Made by a program: the position numbers and the translations under genes. Below are positions 25,740-35,149 of a DNA stretch of 49,039 nt, in pieces. Within the stretch, counting starts at the first letter, position 1. Each line of letters opens with the position of its first letter. The DNA is from Paracoccaceae bacterium (GTDB lineage Bacteria; Pseudomonadota; Alphaproteobacteria; Rhodobacterales; Rhodobacteraceae): contig JAESRG010000001.1 in assembly GCA_016764785.1 (NCBI GenBank), positions 1-49,039 on the forward strand. The letters run 5' to 3'. Under the pieces are notes generated by a model. That model made no database searches and was not told the DNA's origin. It saw nothing but the letters and a program-made list of their open reading frames with translations.

Positions 25740-27014
25740 ATGAAAGACGGCGATCAAGTCAAGAATCCAACACCGATGCTGGACCAGTTGGAGGACGGCC
25801 CGTGGCCGAGCTTTGTCACCGGTCTGAAACGTCTGCGCGACACCGAGGGCGCGCAATATGCGCCGATGATGAATGACCTTCTGGGGCAGCTCAACAAATC
25901 CTATGAGACCCGCACCGGGTACTGGAAGGGTGGCACGCTGTCGGTTTTTGGCTATGGCGGCGGAATTATCCCGCGTTTTTCCGAAGTGGCCAGCGAATTT
26001 CCTGCGTCAAAAGAATTCCACACGCTGCGGATTATGCCGCCGGCTGGATTCCATTACACCACCGACTTGCTGCGCAAGCTTTGCGATATCTGGGAAAAGC
26101 ATGGCTCGGGTCTGATTGCGTTTCACGGCCAGTCTGGCGACATTATGTTTCAGGGCTGTACATCTGAAAATGCACAAAAAGCCTTTGACGAACTGAACGA
26201 GCTTGGCTTTGACCTTGGCGGAGCGGGGCCAGCCTTGCGGACTGCAATGTCTTGCGTGGGACATGCGCGCTGCGAACAGTCTTGCTTTGATGGGGCGAAA
26301 GCCCATCGCGGGATCATCAACAAGTTCCTTGATGAAATGCACCGGCCATCGCTGCCCTATAAGTTCAAATTCAAGTTTTCAGGTTGTGGCAATGACTGCG
26401 TGAACGCGATTCACCGTGCCGACTTTGCGGTGATTGGCACGTGGCGTGACGATATCAAGATTGATCAGGAAAAGGTCAAGGAACATATCGCTGAAAAAGG
26501 CCGAAAATATACCATTGATACGGTGATTTCCATGTGTCCAACCCGCGCGATTTCGCTGAATGACGATGATACATTTGACATCGACAACAAGTCCTGTGTG
26601 CGCTGCATGCACTGCATTAACGTGATGACCAAAGCCCTGTCGCCCGGCGATGACCGTGGCGCATCAATCATGATTGGGGGCAAACGATCATTAAAAGTTG
26701 GTGACCTGATGGGCACCATGATCAAGCCGTTTATCAAGCTGGAAACCGAAGAAGATTTCCAGGAGTTGGAGGATTTCGCCGAGGCCTGCATCGAGTTCTT
26801 TGCCGAAAACGCTCTGGAGCATGAACGCATCGGTGAAACCATCGACCGGATCGGGGTTCCGGCCTTTTTGGAGGCGCTGGATATCGACGCTGACCCGAAT
26901 ATGGTCAACCACCCGACCACCTCCAGCTATGTGCGCACCGACGATTTTGACGAAGAATCGGCAAAATGGTTCGAACGCAAAGCCGCGGAAAAAGGGTTGG
27001 TTGTTGACGCTTAA
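25740..27014 (+). CDS. dsrA: Dissimilatory sulfite reductase alpha subunit, oxidative (reverse) type
   Basis: 424-aa ORF. It is collinear by eye with Allochromatium vinosum DsrA (TPMLDQLEDGPWPSFVTGLKRLRD, YWKGGTLSVFGYGGGIIPRFSEV, KFKFSGCGNDCVNAI, CVRCMHCINVM). Confidence 0.95.
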   Translation: MKDGDQVKNPTPMLDQLEDGPWPSFVTGLKRLRDTEGAQYAPMMNDLLGQLNKSYETRTGYWKGGTLSVFGYGGGIIPRFSEVASEFPASKEFHTLRIMPPAGFHYTTDLLRKLCDIWEKHGSGLIAFHGQSGDIMFQGCTSENAQKAFDELNELGFDLGGAGPALRTAMSCVGHARCEQSCFDGAKAHRGIINKFLDEMHRPSLPYKFKFKFSGCGNDCVNAIHRADFAVIGTWRDDIKIDQEKVKEHIAEKGRKYTIDTVISMCPTRAISLNDDDTFDIDNKSCVRCMHCINVMTKALSPGDDRGASIMIGGKRSLKVGDLMGTMIKPFIKLETEEDFQELEDFAEACIEFFAENALEHERIGETIDRIGVPAFLEALDIDADPNMVNHPTTSSYVRTDDFDEESAKWFERKAAEKGLVVDA

Positions 27015-27020
27015 GGGGGC

Positions 27021-27039
27021 GGTGGGGTGAAACCCCACC
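27021..27039 (+). other. GC-rich stem-loop in the dsrA-dsrB spacer
   Basis: ggtgggg (27021-27027), loop tgaaa, ccccacc (27033-27039). No T-tract follows. Confidence 0.5.
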
Positions 27040-27078
27040 CTACGAATTTCGCCGTTATGCGGCTAGGGAGATGATATT

Positions 27079-28161
27079 ATGAACGAGATGAGTAAAAAAC
27101 CACGGACGCCAGACGAAGTCGGTGTTCCTGACCCGAAGCCATTCATGCATCCGTTGAGTATCAAGAATTACGGCACATGGGATTATCACGACCGCCCGCG
27201 CACCGGCGTTTTGCGCCATGTGGCCAAATCGGGTGATGAACTGTGGACAGTGCGCGCAGGCACTCAGCGTCAGATGGACGTTTATACCATTCGCAAGCTT
27301 TGCGATATTGGCGATAATTTTGCCGACGGCTTTGTGCGTTTTACCACCCGTTCGAACATCGAATTTATGGTTGCTGACGAAGCCAAGGTAGCCCCGCTGA
27401 TCGAGGAACTGACAGCCAGTGGTTTCCCGGTTGGCGGGACTGGCGCCTCGGTGTCGATGATTTCGCACACCCAAGGTTGGCTGCATTGTGACATTCCGGG
27501 GACCGATGCGTCTGGCGTTGTCAAAGGCCTGATGGACATGCTGCACAGCGAGTTCATTCAGGAAAAAATGCCGAACCGGGTGCGGATTACCACGTCTTGT
27601 TGTCAGATTAACTGTGGCGGGCAGGGCGATATTGCGATCAATGTGCAGTATACCAAACCCCCGAAAATCAACCATGATCTGGTGGCAAATGTCTGTGAGC
27701 GCCCCGCCGTTGTGGCCCGTTGCCCTGTGGCAGCGATCCGGCCTGCAATGGTCAACGGCAAGCCAAGTCTTGAGATCGACGAGAAGAAATGTATCTGCTG
27801 TGGCGCGTGTTATCCGCCGTGCCCGCCGATGCAAATCAACAGTGCCGAAAGCACCAAGATCGCGATCTGGGTTGGGGGCAAGCACTCGAATGCACGCTCG
27901 AAACCGACGTTTCATAAGCTTGTTGTGGCTAACCTGCCAAACAATGCGCCGCATTGGCCCGAGGTTAACGCGATCGTTCTGCGCATCGTCAAAGCCTATA
28001 AAAAGGATGCGAAACATTGGGAGCGCATGGGCGAATGGATTGAACGCATCGGCTGGAGCCGGTTTTTCGAGATGACCGAACTAGCGTTCACTAAGCACCA
28101 TATTGATACATGGACGGGCGCACGCAAAACCATGAACGCCTCGGCGCATGTGCATTTCTAG
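27079..28161 (+). CDS. dsrB: Dissimilatory sulfite reductase beta subunit
   Basis: 360-aa ORF directly after dsrA, with AGGGAG upstream. It has a ferredoxin-like insert (CICCGACYPPCP) and sulfite-reductase cluster-binding Cys motifs. Confidence 0.95.
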   Translation: MNEMSKKPRTPDEVGVPDPKPFMHPLSIKNYGTWDYHDRPRTGVLRHVAKSGDELWTVRAGTQRQMDVYTIRKLCDIGDNFADGFVRFTTRSNIEFMVADEAKVAPLIEELTASGFPVGGTGASVSMISHTQGWLHCDIPGTDASGVVKGLMDMLHSEFIQEKMPNRVRITTSCCQINCGGQGDIAINVQYTKPPKINHDLVANVCERPAVVARCPVAAIRPAMVNGKPSLEIDEKKCICCGACYPPCPPMQINSAESTKIAIWVGGKHSNARSKPTFHKLVVANLPNNAPHWPEVNAIVLRIVKAYKKDAKHWERMGEWIERIGWSRFFEMTELAFTKHHIDTWTGARKTMNASAHVHF

Positions 28162-28170
28162 GGGTCTGAA

Positions 28171-28563
28171 ATGAAGTTTGGAATTGTCGTAAGCGAAGGG
28201 CCATACACGCATCAAGCGTCTGACTCGGCTTATAATTTTGTCAAAGCTGCGCTGGCCAAAGGCCATGAAATTGCGCGAGTTTTCTTTTACCACGACGGGG
28301 TCAATGTGGGCACACGCCTGTCGATTCCGCCCCAAGATGACCGTCAAATTCAAAAGCAGTGGACAGCACTTGCGGCTGAACACAAACTTGATTTGGTGAT
28401 CTGCATTGCCGCTGCACAGCGTCGCGGTTTGCTGGACGAAAACGAGGCCACGCGCCAAGGCAAAGACGCCAATAACATCGCTGAGGGGTTCCGGATTTCC
28501 GGCCTTGGCCAATTGATCGAGATGGGCATCCAGTGTGACCGCACCATCACTTTTGGCGATTAG
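28171..28563 (+). CDS. dsrE: Sulfur relay protein DsrE
   Basis: 130-aa ORF. MKFGIVVSEGPYTHQAS... carries the active-site Cys in DLVICIAAAQRRG. Confidence 0.9.
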   Translation: MKFGIVVSEGPYTHQASDSAYNFVKAALAKGHEIARVFFYHDGVNVGTRLSIPPQDDRQIQKQWTALAAEHKLDLVICIAAAQRRGLLDENEATRQGKDANNIAEGFRISGLGQLIEMGIQCDRTITFGD

Positions 28564-28572
28564 GGGAAGACC

Positions 28573-28983
28573 ATGAGCGAAATCATTAAAAAATTCCTCT
28601 ATGTGAATCGCAAGGCGCCGTACGGCACGATTTACGCGCAGGAAAGTCTTGAGGTGGTGCTGATTGGCGCGGCGTTTGACCAAGATGTATCAGTGGCATT
28701 TCTGGACGACGGCGTGTTTCAACTGACCAAAGGCCAAGACACCACGGCGGCTGGCTTAAAGAATTTCTCGCCGACTTTTCGTGCGTTGGGCGATTATGAA
28801 GTCACCAAACTTTATGTCGAACAAGAAAGCCTTGATGAGCGGGGCCTGACCTTGGATGACCTGCAAGACATTCAATATGAAGACGAAGATGATGATTATG
28901 CTGAAAAGCCGTCGATCATCGTGGTGTCACGCGCCGAAATGGCTGACGTGATGGCCGATCAAGACGTCATTTTGAGCTTTTAG
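28573..28983 (+). CDS. dsrF: Sulfur relay protein DsrF
   Basis: 136-aa DsrE-fold ORF in the canonical position between dsrE and dsrH. Confidence 0.85.
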   Translation: MSEIIKKFLYVNRKAPYGTIYAQESLEVVLIGAAFDQDVSVAFLDDGVFQLTKGQDTTAAGLKNFSPTFRALGDYEVTKLYVEQESLDERGLTLDDLQDIQYEDEDDDYAEKPSIIVVSRAEMADVMADQDVILSF

Positions 28984-28992
28984 GGGGAAATC

Positions 28993-29301
28993 ATGGCAAC
29001 TTTACACACAGTTAATAAATCTCCGTTTCAGAACCAAACGCTGATCAGCTGCTTGGGTCATACCAAAGCTGGCGACGCGGTTCTGATGTTTGAAGACGGC
29101 GTTTATGGCGCAACCAAAGGCACCGCATTATCGGATGCGGTGGCCGGTTTGGGCGCTGACGTGAAACTATATGCCCTTGGCCCAGACCTTGCGGCACGGG
29201 GGATTGATGCGGGTCGGCTTGCCGACGGTATCACCCTGATTGATTACGATGGTTTTGTAGACTTGGTCGCCGAAAACGACCGCACGCAAAACTGGCTATA
29301 A
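28993..29301 (+). CDS. dsrH: Sulfur relay protein DsrH
   Basis: 102-aa ORF. MATLHTVNKSPFQNQTLISCLGH carries the conserved N-terminal Cys. Confidence 0.85.
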   Translation: MATLHTVNKSPFQNQTLISCLGHTKAGDAVLMFEDGVYGATKGTALSDAVAGLGADVKLYALGPDLAARGIDAGRLADGITLIDYDGFVDLVAENDRTQNWL

Positions 29302-29340
29302 ATATACCCCGACGGGGAAAGCAACCAAAAGGAATACACT

Positions 29341-29673
29341 ATGTCATACGACGTAAACGGCGCCACGATTGAACACGACGAAGAAGGCTACATTACCAAT
29401 CTGTCCGAATGGTCCAAAGAATTGGCCGGCATCATCGCGGTCGCCGAAGACATCGACATGGGCGAAGAACACTGGGCTGTGGTCAACTTTCTGCGTGAAT
29501 ATTACGAGGAGTATCAGATTGCACCGGCGGTGCGGGTGCTGATTAAATCGATCAAAAAATCGATGGGTCCAGAAGTTGGCAACAACAAATACATGTATGA
29601 ACTGTTCCCATACGGCCCAGCGAAACAGGCATGTAAAATCGCCGGTCTGCCTAAGCCAACGGGCTGCGTTTAA
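29341..29673 (+). CDS. dsrC: DsrC, sulfur-carrier substrate protein of DsrAB
   Basis: 110-aa ORF ending FPYGPAKQACKIAGLPKPTGCV. Both conserved cysteines of the flexible C-terminal arm are present, and INFLREYYEEYQIAPAVRVL is conserved. Confidence 0.95.
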   Translation: MSYDVNGATIEHDEEGYITNLSEWSKELAGIIAVAEDIDMGEEHWAVVNFLREYYEEYQIAPAVRVLIKSIKKSMGPEVGNNKYMYELFPYGPAKQACKIAGLPKPTGCV

Positions 29674-29721
29674 GGCGTTTTCAACGCTTAAACGGTTCAA
29701 ATTTTAACGGGAGGGTAAATC

Positions 29722-30477
29722 GTGGTTTCTACGGTATATGCAGTGCTGTTCTATATCGCGACCCTGGTTTTGGTTGTCGGGGTTGTGATGCGAGTTATCA
29801 ATTACGCGCGCACGCCTGTCCCGTTGAAAATCGTGGTGTCACCCGCGCCGCGCACCCGCAAGGGCGTGTGGTTTCGCATGTTCCGCGAGGTGACGTTGTT
29901 TGAAAGCCTGTTCAAATCCAACAAGTGGATTTGGCTGTTCGGATACCTGTTTCACTTTGGTATGTTGCTGGTATTGCTGCGGCATTTCCGGTATTTTCAA
30001 CGTGACGTCTGGGGATGGGTAGAAATTATTCAACCCTTTGGCATTTATGCCGGTTTCGCGATGGTCGCGGGGCTTGCTGGGCTGCTGTTTCGCCGGATAT
30101 TCCAGCAACGGATCCGGTATATTTCTGACCCGTCAGATTACCTGATGTTGCTGCTGTTTCTAGGCATTGCCGGCAGTGGATTGATGATGAAATTCGTCAA
30201 CCACGTTGATATTATCGCCGTGAAAGCATTCATGCTGGGGCTGATGCGGTTCCAGATTGGCGAGATGCCACGCGACCCGATTTTGATGATTCACCTCGGT
30301 TCGGTCGTGTCGTTGATGCTGATTTTTCCGATTTCGAAACTGATGCACGCACCCGGAGTATTCTTTTCGCCCAGCCGCACGCAGGTCGATAATGCCCGTG
30401 AAAAACGCCATATTTCAAAATGGGCTGCTGAGCTTCCCGACTTGCCCGAGGGCATTCCCGAAAAGAAGGAGGGCTAG
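29722..30477 (+). CDS. dsrM: DsrM, membrane dihaem cytochrome b (NarI-like)
   Basis: 251-aa hydrophobic ORF with a GTG start preceded by GGGAGGG, in the canonical position. Confidence 0.85.
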   Translation: MVSTVYAVLFYIATLVLVVGVVMRVINYARTPVPLKIVVSPAPRTRKGVWFRMFREVTLFESLFKSNKWIWLFGYLFHFGMLLVLLRHFRYFQRDVWGWVEIIQPFGIYAGFAMVAGLAGLLFRRIFQQRIRYISDPSDYLMLLLFLGIAGSGLMMKFVNHVDIIAVKAFMLGLMRFQIGEMPRDPILMIHLGSVVSLMLIFPISKLMHAPGVFFSPSRTQVDNAREKRHISKWAAELPDLPEGIPEKKEG

Positions 30478-30480
30478 GCG

Positions 30481-32025
30481 ATGGCATCACTTGACATGGA
30501 CGCCAAGGGCGGCCCGAAATTTGTTGGCGATCCGCTAAAAATTCCGCAAATTGAGTGCGGCGCGATGGCTGATAGCAAAACATTTGCGGCGTATCCGGTG
30601 CACAACGAGGATCTCGGGTTTCCGGGTGAATTGCTGGACAACTGGAAAGAGGTCGCGATTGCCAAAATCGGTGAGCTGGCCGACAAAAACCGCGCCTTCA
30701 AGGTTTACCTTGATGCCTGCGTGAAATGCGGCGCTTGCACCGATAAATGCCATTACTTTTTGGGCACTGGTGACCCGAAAAACATGCCGGTTGCGCGCCA
30801 AGACCTGCTGCGATCTGTTTATCGGCGTTACTACACATTTGCCGGAAAATATTTCCCGTGGCTGGTGGGCGCGCGCGACATGACCCGCGAGGTTCTGGAC
30901 GAGTGGTACACCTATTACCACCAATGTTCGCAGTGCCGGCGGTGCTCGGTTGCTTGCCCTTATGGTATTGATACCGCCGAGATTTCCATGGCAGCGCGTG
31001 ACATTCTTGACAGCGTCGGGGTGGGGCAAAAATATTGCAACGAGATCATCGCCAAGCTGAAGAAAACTGGCAATAATCTGGGCCTGAACCCCAAAGCACT
31101 GCGCGCTACGCTGGAGGATCTTGAGGAAGATCTGGAAGAAGAAACCGGCATTGCAGTCAAGTTGCCGCTGGATGTTCAGGGCGCAGATATTTTGCTGATT
31201 ACCCCCTCGGCCGACTTTTTTGCCGAACCGCATATCGAAGGATTGCTGGGCTATGCCAAGGTGTTTCACGCATCGGGGGTTAGCTGGACGATCAGTTCCT
31301 ATGCTTCTGAGGCGGCGAATTTTGGCATGTTCATCGGCAGTTATGAAAACATGCGCGAGGTGTCGTGGCGCATCCGGCAAGCGGCCAAGGATTTGGGCGT
31401 TAAACGGATTGTGTTTGGCGAATGTGGCCATGCGTGGCGGGTTGGATATTCGTTCCTGAATACTCTTGCCGGGCCGTTTGATTTTCTGGATCAGAATTAT
31501 CCAATTCCGCAGCACATTATGGAATTCACCAGCGATGCCATCGACGACGGGCTTTTGAAAATCGACAAGTCACGCAACGATGAATTTGTGATGACCTATC
31601 ACGACAGTTGCAACGTGGCGCGCGGGTCTAGCATGGGCCGCAAACAAGGCGGGCAGTTTGATCTGCCACGCAAGGTTATCAAGGCCGTGTGTAATCATTT
31701 TTATGAAATGGAACGCGACACAATCCGCGAAAACACCTTTTGCTGCGGCGGGGGTGGCGGCTTGCTGACTGATGATCTGATGGACCTTCGGATCAAGGGT
31801 GCCAAGCCCAGAATGACCGCGCTGCAACAAGTGACCGAAGATCACGGCGTAACCCATATGGCGGCGATTTGCGCCATTTGTAAAACCCAGTTTTCCAAGG
31901 TGATGCCGAAATACGGCTATGAAATGGACAACGTTATGTCTGTGCATCAACTGGTCGCGAATGCCGTCATTCTGGACGGTCAGGAAACCGAGGCCGATGT
32001 GGCCACAGCGGAGGATACCCCATGA
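30481..32025 (+). CDS. dsrK: DsrK, HdrD-like iron-sulfur catalytic subunit
   Basis: 514-aa ORF with two 4Fe-4S motifs (CVKCGACTDKC, CSQCRRCSVACP) and a CCG domain (FCCGGGGG). Confidence 0.9.
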   Translation: MASLDMDAKGGPKFVGDPLKIPQIECGAMADSKTFAAYPVHNEDLGFPGELLDNWKEVAIAKIGELADKNRAFKVYLDACVKCGACTDKCHYFLGTGDPKNMPVARQDLLRSVYRRYYTFAGKYFPWLVGARDMTREVLDEWYTYYHQCSQCRRCSVACPYGIDTAEISMAARDILDSVGVGQKYCNEIIAKLKKTGNNLGLNPKALRATLEDLEEDLEEETGIAVKLPLDVQGADILLITPSADFFAEPHIEGLLGYAKVFHASGVSWTISSYASEAANFGMFIGSYENMREVSWRIRQAAKDLGVKRIVFGECGHAWRVGYSFLNTLAGPFDFLDQNYPIPQHIMEFTSDAIDDGLLKIDKSRNDEFVMTYHDSCNVARGSSMGRKQGGQFDLPRKVIKAVCNHFYEMERDTIRENTFCCGGGGGLLTDDLMDLRIKGAKPRMTALQQVTEDHGVTHMAAICAICKTQFSKVMPKYGYEMDNVMSVHQLVANAVILDGQETEADVATAEDTP

Positions 32026-33956
32026 ATAACCAAGTGACTCATCGCCGTTATACCGAGGGCGAAACCGAGGCGGATTGGGATCTTGAGGACAAGATTTTTC
32101 AGCAGGACACATCGTATAAATGTCCGACTTACATCCAGAAAACCGCGCCTTGTTCGGGGTCTTGCCCGTCGGGTCACGATATTCGCGGCTGGCTGGCGAT
32201 TGCGCGCGGTATGGACAAGCCTCCGGTTGAGGGCATGGCGTGGCAGGAATATGCGTTTCAAAGCATGGCCGAGGCCAACCCGTTTCCAGCCACGATGGGT
32301 CGGGTTTGCCCCGCGCCCTGCGAAAGCGGCTGTAACCGTAACGAGGTCGACGACTATGTCGGCATCAACGCGGTTGAACAATATGTCGGTGACTGGGCCA
32401 ATGAGAATGGCGTGAAACTGGCGACATGCGCCGCAGATACCGGCAAGAAAATTGCCATCATCGGGGGTGGCCCGGGTGGCTTGGCCGCGGCGTATTTTCT
32501 GCGCCGCAAAGGCCACGGCGTCACCGTTTTTGAATCGCATTCGGAACTGGGCGGCATGATGCGCTTTGGCATTCCGGGGTACCGAACGCCGCGCGGGATG
32601 CTCGACACTGAAATTGGCCGGATTGTTGATCTGGGCGTGGAAATCAAGCTGAATACCCATGTCGGACAGGATGTCTCGGTTGAGCAGCTTGAAGCGGATT
32701 ACGACGCGATATTCTGGGCCATTGGCGCCCAAACGGGCCGACCTTTGCCGATTCCGGGTTGGGAAGGCACTGAAAACTGCATCAACGGCATTGAATTTCT
32801 AGACGCCTTTAATAATGGTTATGTTCTGGGTACCGCAAAACGGGTTGTTGTTGTGGGCGGTGGCGATACGTCAATTGACGTGGCCTCGGTGGCGCGGCGT
32901 TTGGGCAGCATCACCAATGTGGCTGAAACCCAGCATGCTGACGGTACGGTGATTGATTTTACCGCCAAAGACGCGGCGGGTGTTTTGACCCGTGAGGGCA
33001 TGCAGGCAACGCTGACCTCGCTGTTTCCGATTGAACAAATGACCGCCGCCGAGCATGAGCGCGAAGACGCCAAACGCGAAGGCGTTGACCTTCAGGGCAG
33101 CGTGATGCCGCTTGAGGTTATAACCGACGACGCGGGCCGTGCGATTGCGCTGAAAGTCTGCGATTGTGTGATGAAAGGCAACGCGCCCGAAGCCGTTGAA
33201 GGCACCGAGCGTGAAATTCCGTGTGACATCATAATCTCGGCCATTGGCCAGATGGGCAACTTTGCCGGTGTTGAAACGATGGATAGCGGCAATGGTTTTA
33301 TCGCCGTCGAACCGAGTTACAAAGTCAAAGGCAAAGACAAGCATTTTGCTGGTGGTGACATTTTAAAACCACATTTGTTGACCACAGCGATCGGCCATGG
33401 CCGTGTTGCAGCGGCCACCATTGATGATTTTCTTGATGACGGTGAAATTGCTAAACGCCCGACCATCGACATCCATCAGTTCAACCTGCTGAACGAGCTG
33501 AATGTGCGTGGCCATGGGTTGGCTGAATTTGACCACTTGGCAGCGCGCGGCACCGACGAAGCTGCATATGCGGTGCATAATTTTGAAGATCGCTCGGCAA
33601 GCCAAATCATCAAACATGGAGAATTGTTCAAAGGTCATTTCGATTTTGTGAAACGCGAGGTTCGCGACGAAGTTCGCATTGAGGGCGAAGACGTGTTGGG
33701 TAACTTTGAAGAACGCATTATCGCGTATTCTGAGGAACAGGCCCAAAAAGAGGGCGAACGCTGCATGTCCTGTGGCATGTGTTTCGAGTGCGACAACTGC
33801 GTGATTTATTGCCCGCAGGACGCTGTTAGCCGCGTGAAAAAATCAGACCGCACTTTGGGCCGTTATGTTGAGACTGATTATTCCAAATGTATCGGCTGTC
33901 ATATCTGCGCTGATGTGTGCCCGACCGGTTACATTAAAATGGGTTTGGGGGGCTAA
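32022..33956 (+). CDS. dsrL: DsrL, NAD(P)H-dependent iron-sulfur flavoprotein (glutamate synthase small-subunit-like with C-terminal ferredoxin domain)
   Basis: 644-aa ORF with an ATGA overlap with dsrK. It has the FAD/NAD motif IAIIGGGPGGLAAAYFL and C-terminal CMSCGMCFECDNCVIYCP and CIGCHICADVCP motifs. Confidence 0.9.
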   Translation: MNNQVTHRRYTEGETEADWDLEDKIFQQDTSYKCPTYIQKTAPCSGSCPSGHDIRGWLAIARGMDKPPVEGMAWQEYAFQSMAEANPFPATMGRVCPAPCESGCNRNEVDDYVGINAVEQYVGDWANENGVKLATCAADTGKKIAIIGGGPGGLAAAYFLRRKGHGVTVFESHSELGGMMRFGIPGYRTPRGMLDTEIGRIVDLGVEIKLNTHVGQDVSVEQLEADYDAIFWAIGAQTGRPLPIPGWEGTENCINGIEFLDAFNNGYVLGTAKRVVVVGGGDTSIDVASVARRLGSITNVAETQHADGTVIDFTAKDAAGVLTREGMQATLTSLFPIEQMTAAEHEREDAKREGVDLQGSVMPLEVITDDAGRAIALKVCDCVMKGNAPEAVEGTEREIPCDIIISAIGQMGNFAGVETMDSGNGFIAVEPSYKVKGKDKHFAGGDILKPHLLTTAIGHGRVAAATIDDFLDDGEIAKRPTIDIHQFNLLNELNVRGHGLAEFDHLAARGTDEAAYAVHNFEDRSASQIIKHGELFKGHFDFVKREVRDEVRIEGEDVLGNFEERIIAYSEEQAQKEGERCMSCGMCFECDNCVIYCPQDAVSRVKKSDRTLGRYVETDYSKCIGCHICADVCPTGYIKMGLGG

Positions 33957-33962
33957 GCCACG

Positions 33963-34382
33963 ATGCGGATTCTTGTGTTGATTGCGATTTTGTTGGCGGG
34001 GGGCGTTTCGGCGCAAGACTTGTTTCCAACCGTGCCGCAAGCGCGGTTTGACCTCAGCACGCCGCACCCTGACGACATCCGTATTAACCATATTGATTAC
34101 CTGCGCCATGACCGCGATGCGACCATGCGTTTGGGCGACCGAGACATTGAATTCAGCCTGAAAGACTGCGTTGATTGTCACGCGGTGCGCGGGCCGGATG
34201 CCGGTTTTGTCACCGTCGAAAGCGAACAGCATTTTTGCCGCGCCTGCCATGAATATGCAGCGGTACAGATTGACTGTTTCCAGTGTCATAATTCCTTGCC
34301 CGAGGTCGATCTGGATCAGGCAGGGTTGATTTCTGACGATGAAATGGCAGCGCTCAGCGCTTATCTGGAGGGGCTGAATTAA
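33963..34382 (+). CDS. dsrJ: DsrJ, periplasmic trihaem cytochrome c
   Basis: 139-aa ORF with signal/anchor MRILVLIAILLAGGVSA and exactly three CxxCH motifs (CVDCH, CRACH, CFQCH). It contains no other cysteine. Confidence 0.85.
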   Translation: MRILVLIAILLAGGVSAQDLFPTVPQARFDLSTPHPDDIRINHIDYLRHDRDATMRLGDRDIEFSLKDCVDCHAVRGPDAGFVTVESEQHFCRACHEYAAVQIDCFQCHNSLPEVDLDQAGLISDDEMAALSAYLEGLN

Positions 34383-35140
34383 TGAAACTTCCGATGCTCA
34401 ATACCAAAAAGGTTGACCCCGTCGACATCGGTCGCCGCCAGTTTTTGCGCAGCGGCGCGGCGGCAGTTACCGTGACCTTGGCACCGGGCGTGACCATCAT
34501 GGCATATGGTGGCGCGGCGGCGGCGGGGGCCAATCCGGCGACCCGTTGGGGGCTGCTGATTGATGTGAATAAATGCGCCAGTGATTGTAATGCCTGCGTG
34601 ACGGCTTGTTCGACGGAAAATGGCTGGGAAGACACAGGCAACCCTGAAACCGACCCGCAGTGGATTCGCAAAATTGACCTGCACAACCCCGAAACTGGGT
34701 TGGACCAGTCGTTGCCAATGATGTGCCAGCACTGCGAAGACCCACCTTGCGTGGACGTCTGCCCAACCGGCGCGTCGTTCAAGCGGCCCGACGGTATTGT
34801 GCTGGTCGACAAACATACCTGTATCGGCTGTCGGTATTGCATAATGGCCTGTCCGTACAAAGCACGCTCATTTGTGCATGCTCCGTTGACGGGCCAAAAG
34901 GCGCACGCGCCGCGCGGGCAGGGTACGGTTGAAAGCTGCACAATGTGCGTGCATCGGGTGGACGAGGGCGGCCAACCTGCCTGCGTTGAGGCCTGCGGCA
35001 CAACCGGTAACGGTGCAATGCTTTTTGGCAATCTGAATGACCCCGAAAGCGAGATCGCGCAGCGATTGGCGACCTATGCGTCCAGTGCTGTGCGGGCTGA
35101 TTTGAACCTCAATCCGGGTGTTCGGTATACTAACCTATAG
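34382..35140 (+). CDS. dsrO: DsrO, periplasmic 4Fe-4S ferredoxin-like subunit
   Basis: 252-aa ORF with a TAATG overlap with dsrJ. It has the twin-arginine signal GRRQFLRSGAAAV and multiple CxxCxxC clusters. Confidence 0.9.
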   Translation: MKLPMLNTKKVDPVDIGRRQFLRSGAAAVTVTLAPGVTIMAYGGAAAAGANPATRWGLLIDVNKCASDCNACVTACSTENGWEDTGNPETDPQWIRKIDLHNPETGLDQSLPMMCQHCEDPPCVDVCPTGASFKRPDGIVLVDKHTCIGCRYCIMACPYKARSFVHAPLTGQKAHAPRGQGTVESCTMCVHRVDEGGQPACVEACGTTGNGAMLFGNLNDPESEIAQRLATYASSAVRADLNLNPGVRYTNL

Positions 35141-35149
35141 GGGCTGAAA

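Noticed and set aside
26968-26976. GGTTCGAAC, resembling a tRNA T-arm.
   Set aside because: It lies inside the well-supported dsrA reading frame. No acceptor or anticodon stems can be drawn around it. No intergenic region in the window folds as a tRNA.
27055-28017. 320-aa ORF on the minus strand, antisense to dsrB. Similar long antisense ORFs occur at 30535-31515, 31980-32732, 18414-19049, 19248-19913, 34354-35031, 14039-14575 and 441-971.
   Set aside because: All lie entirely within strongly supported genes on the other strand. Their products are Arg/Ala/Gly-rich and low in complexity, with no recognisable motifs or RBS. These are typical shadow ORFs of moderately GC-rich coding DNA.
25740-28161. 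Reductive (sulfate/sulfite-respiring) interpretation of dsrAB.
   Set aside because: dsrEFH and dsrL are present and dsrD is absent. DsrA is near-collinear with the A. vinosum enzyme, and the soe/tusA/dsrE2 context points to the oxidative direction.
29669-29692. Hairpin overlapping the dsrC stop codon (ttaag-g-cg / cg-cttaa), as a possible terminator after dsrC.
   Set aside because: The stem is short, AU-rich and bulged, with no following U-tract. It is too weak to call.
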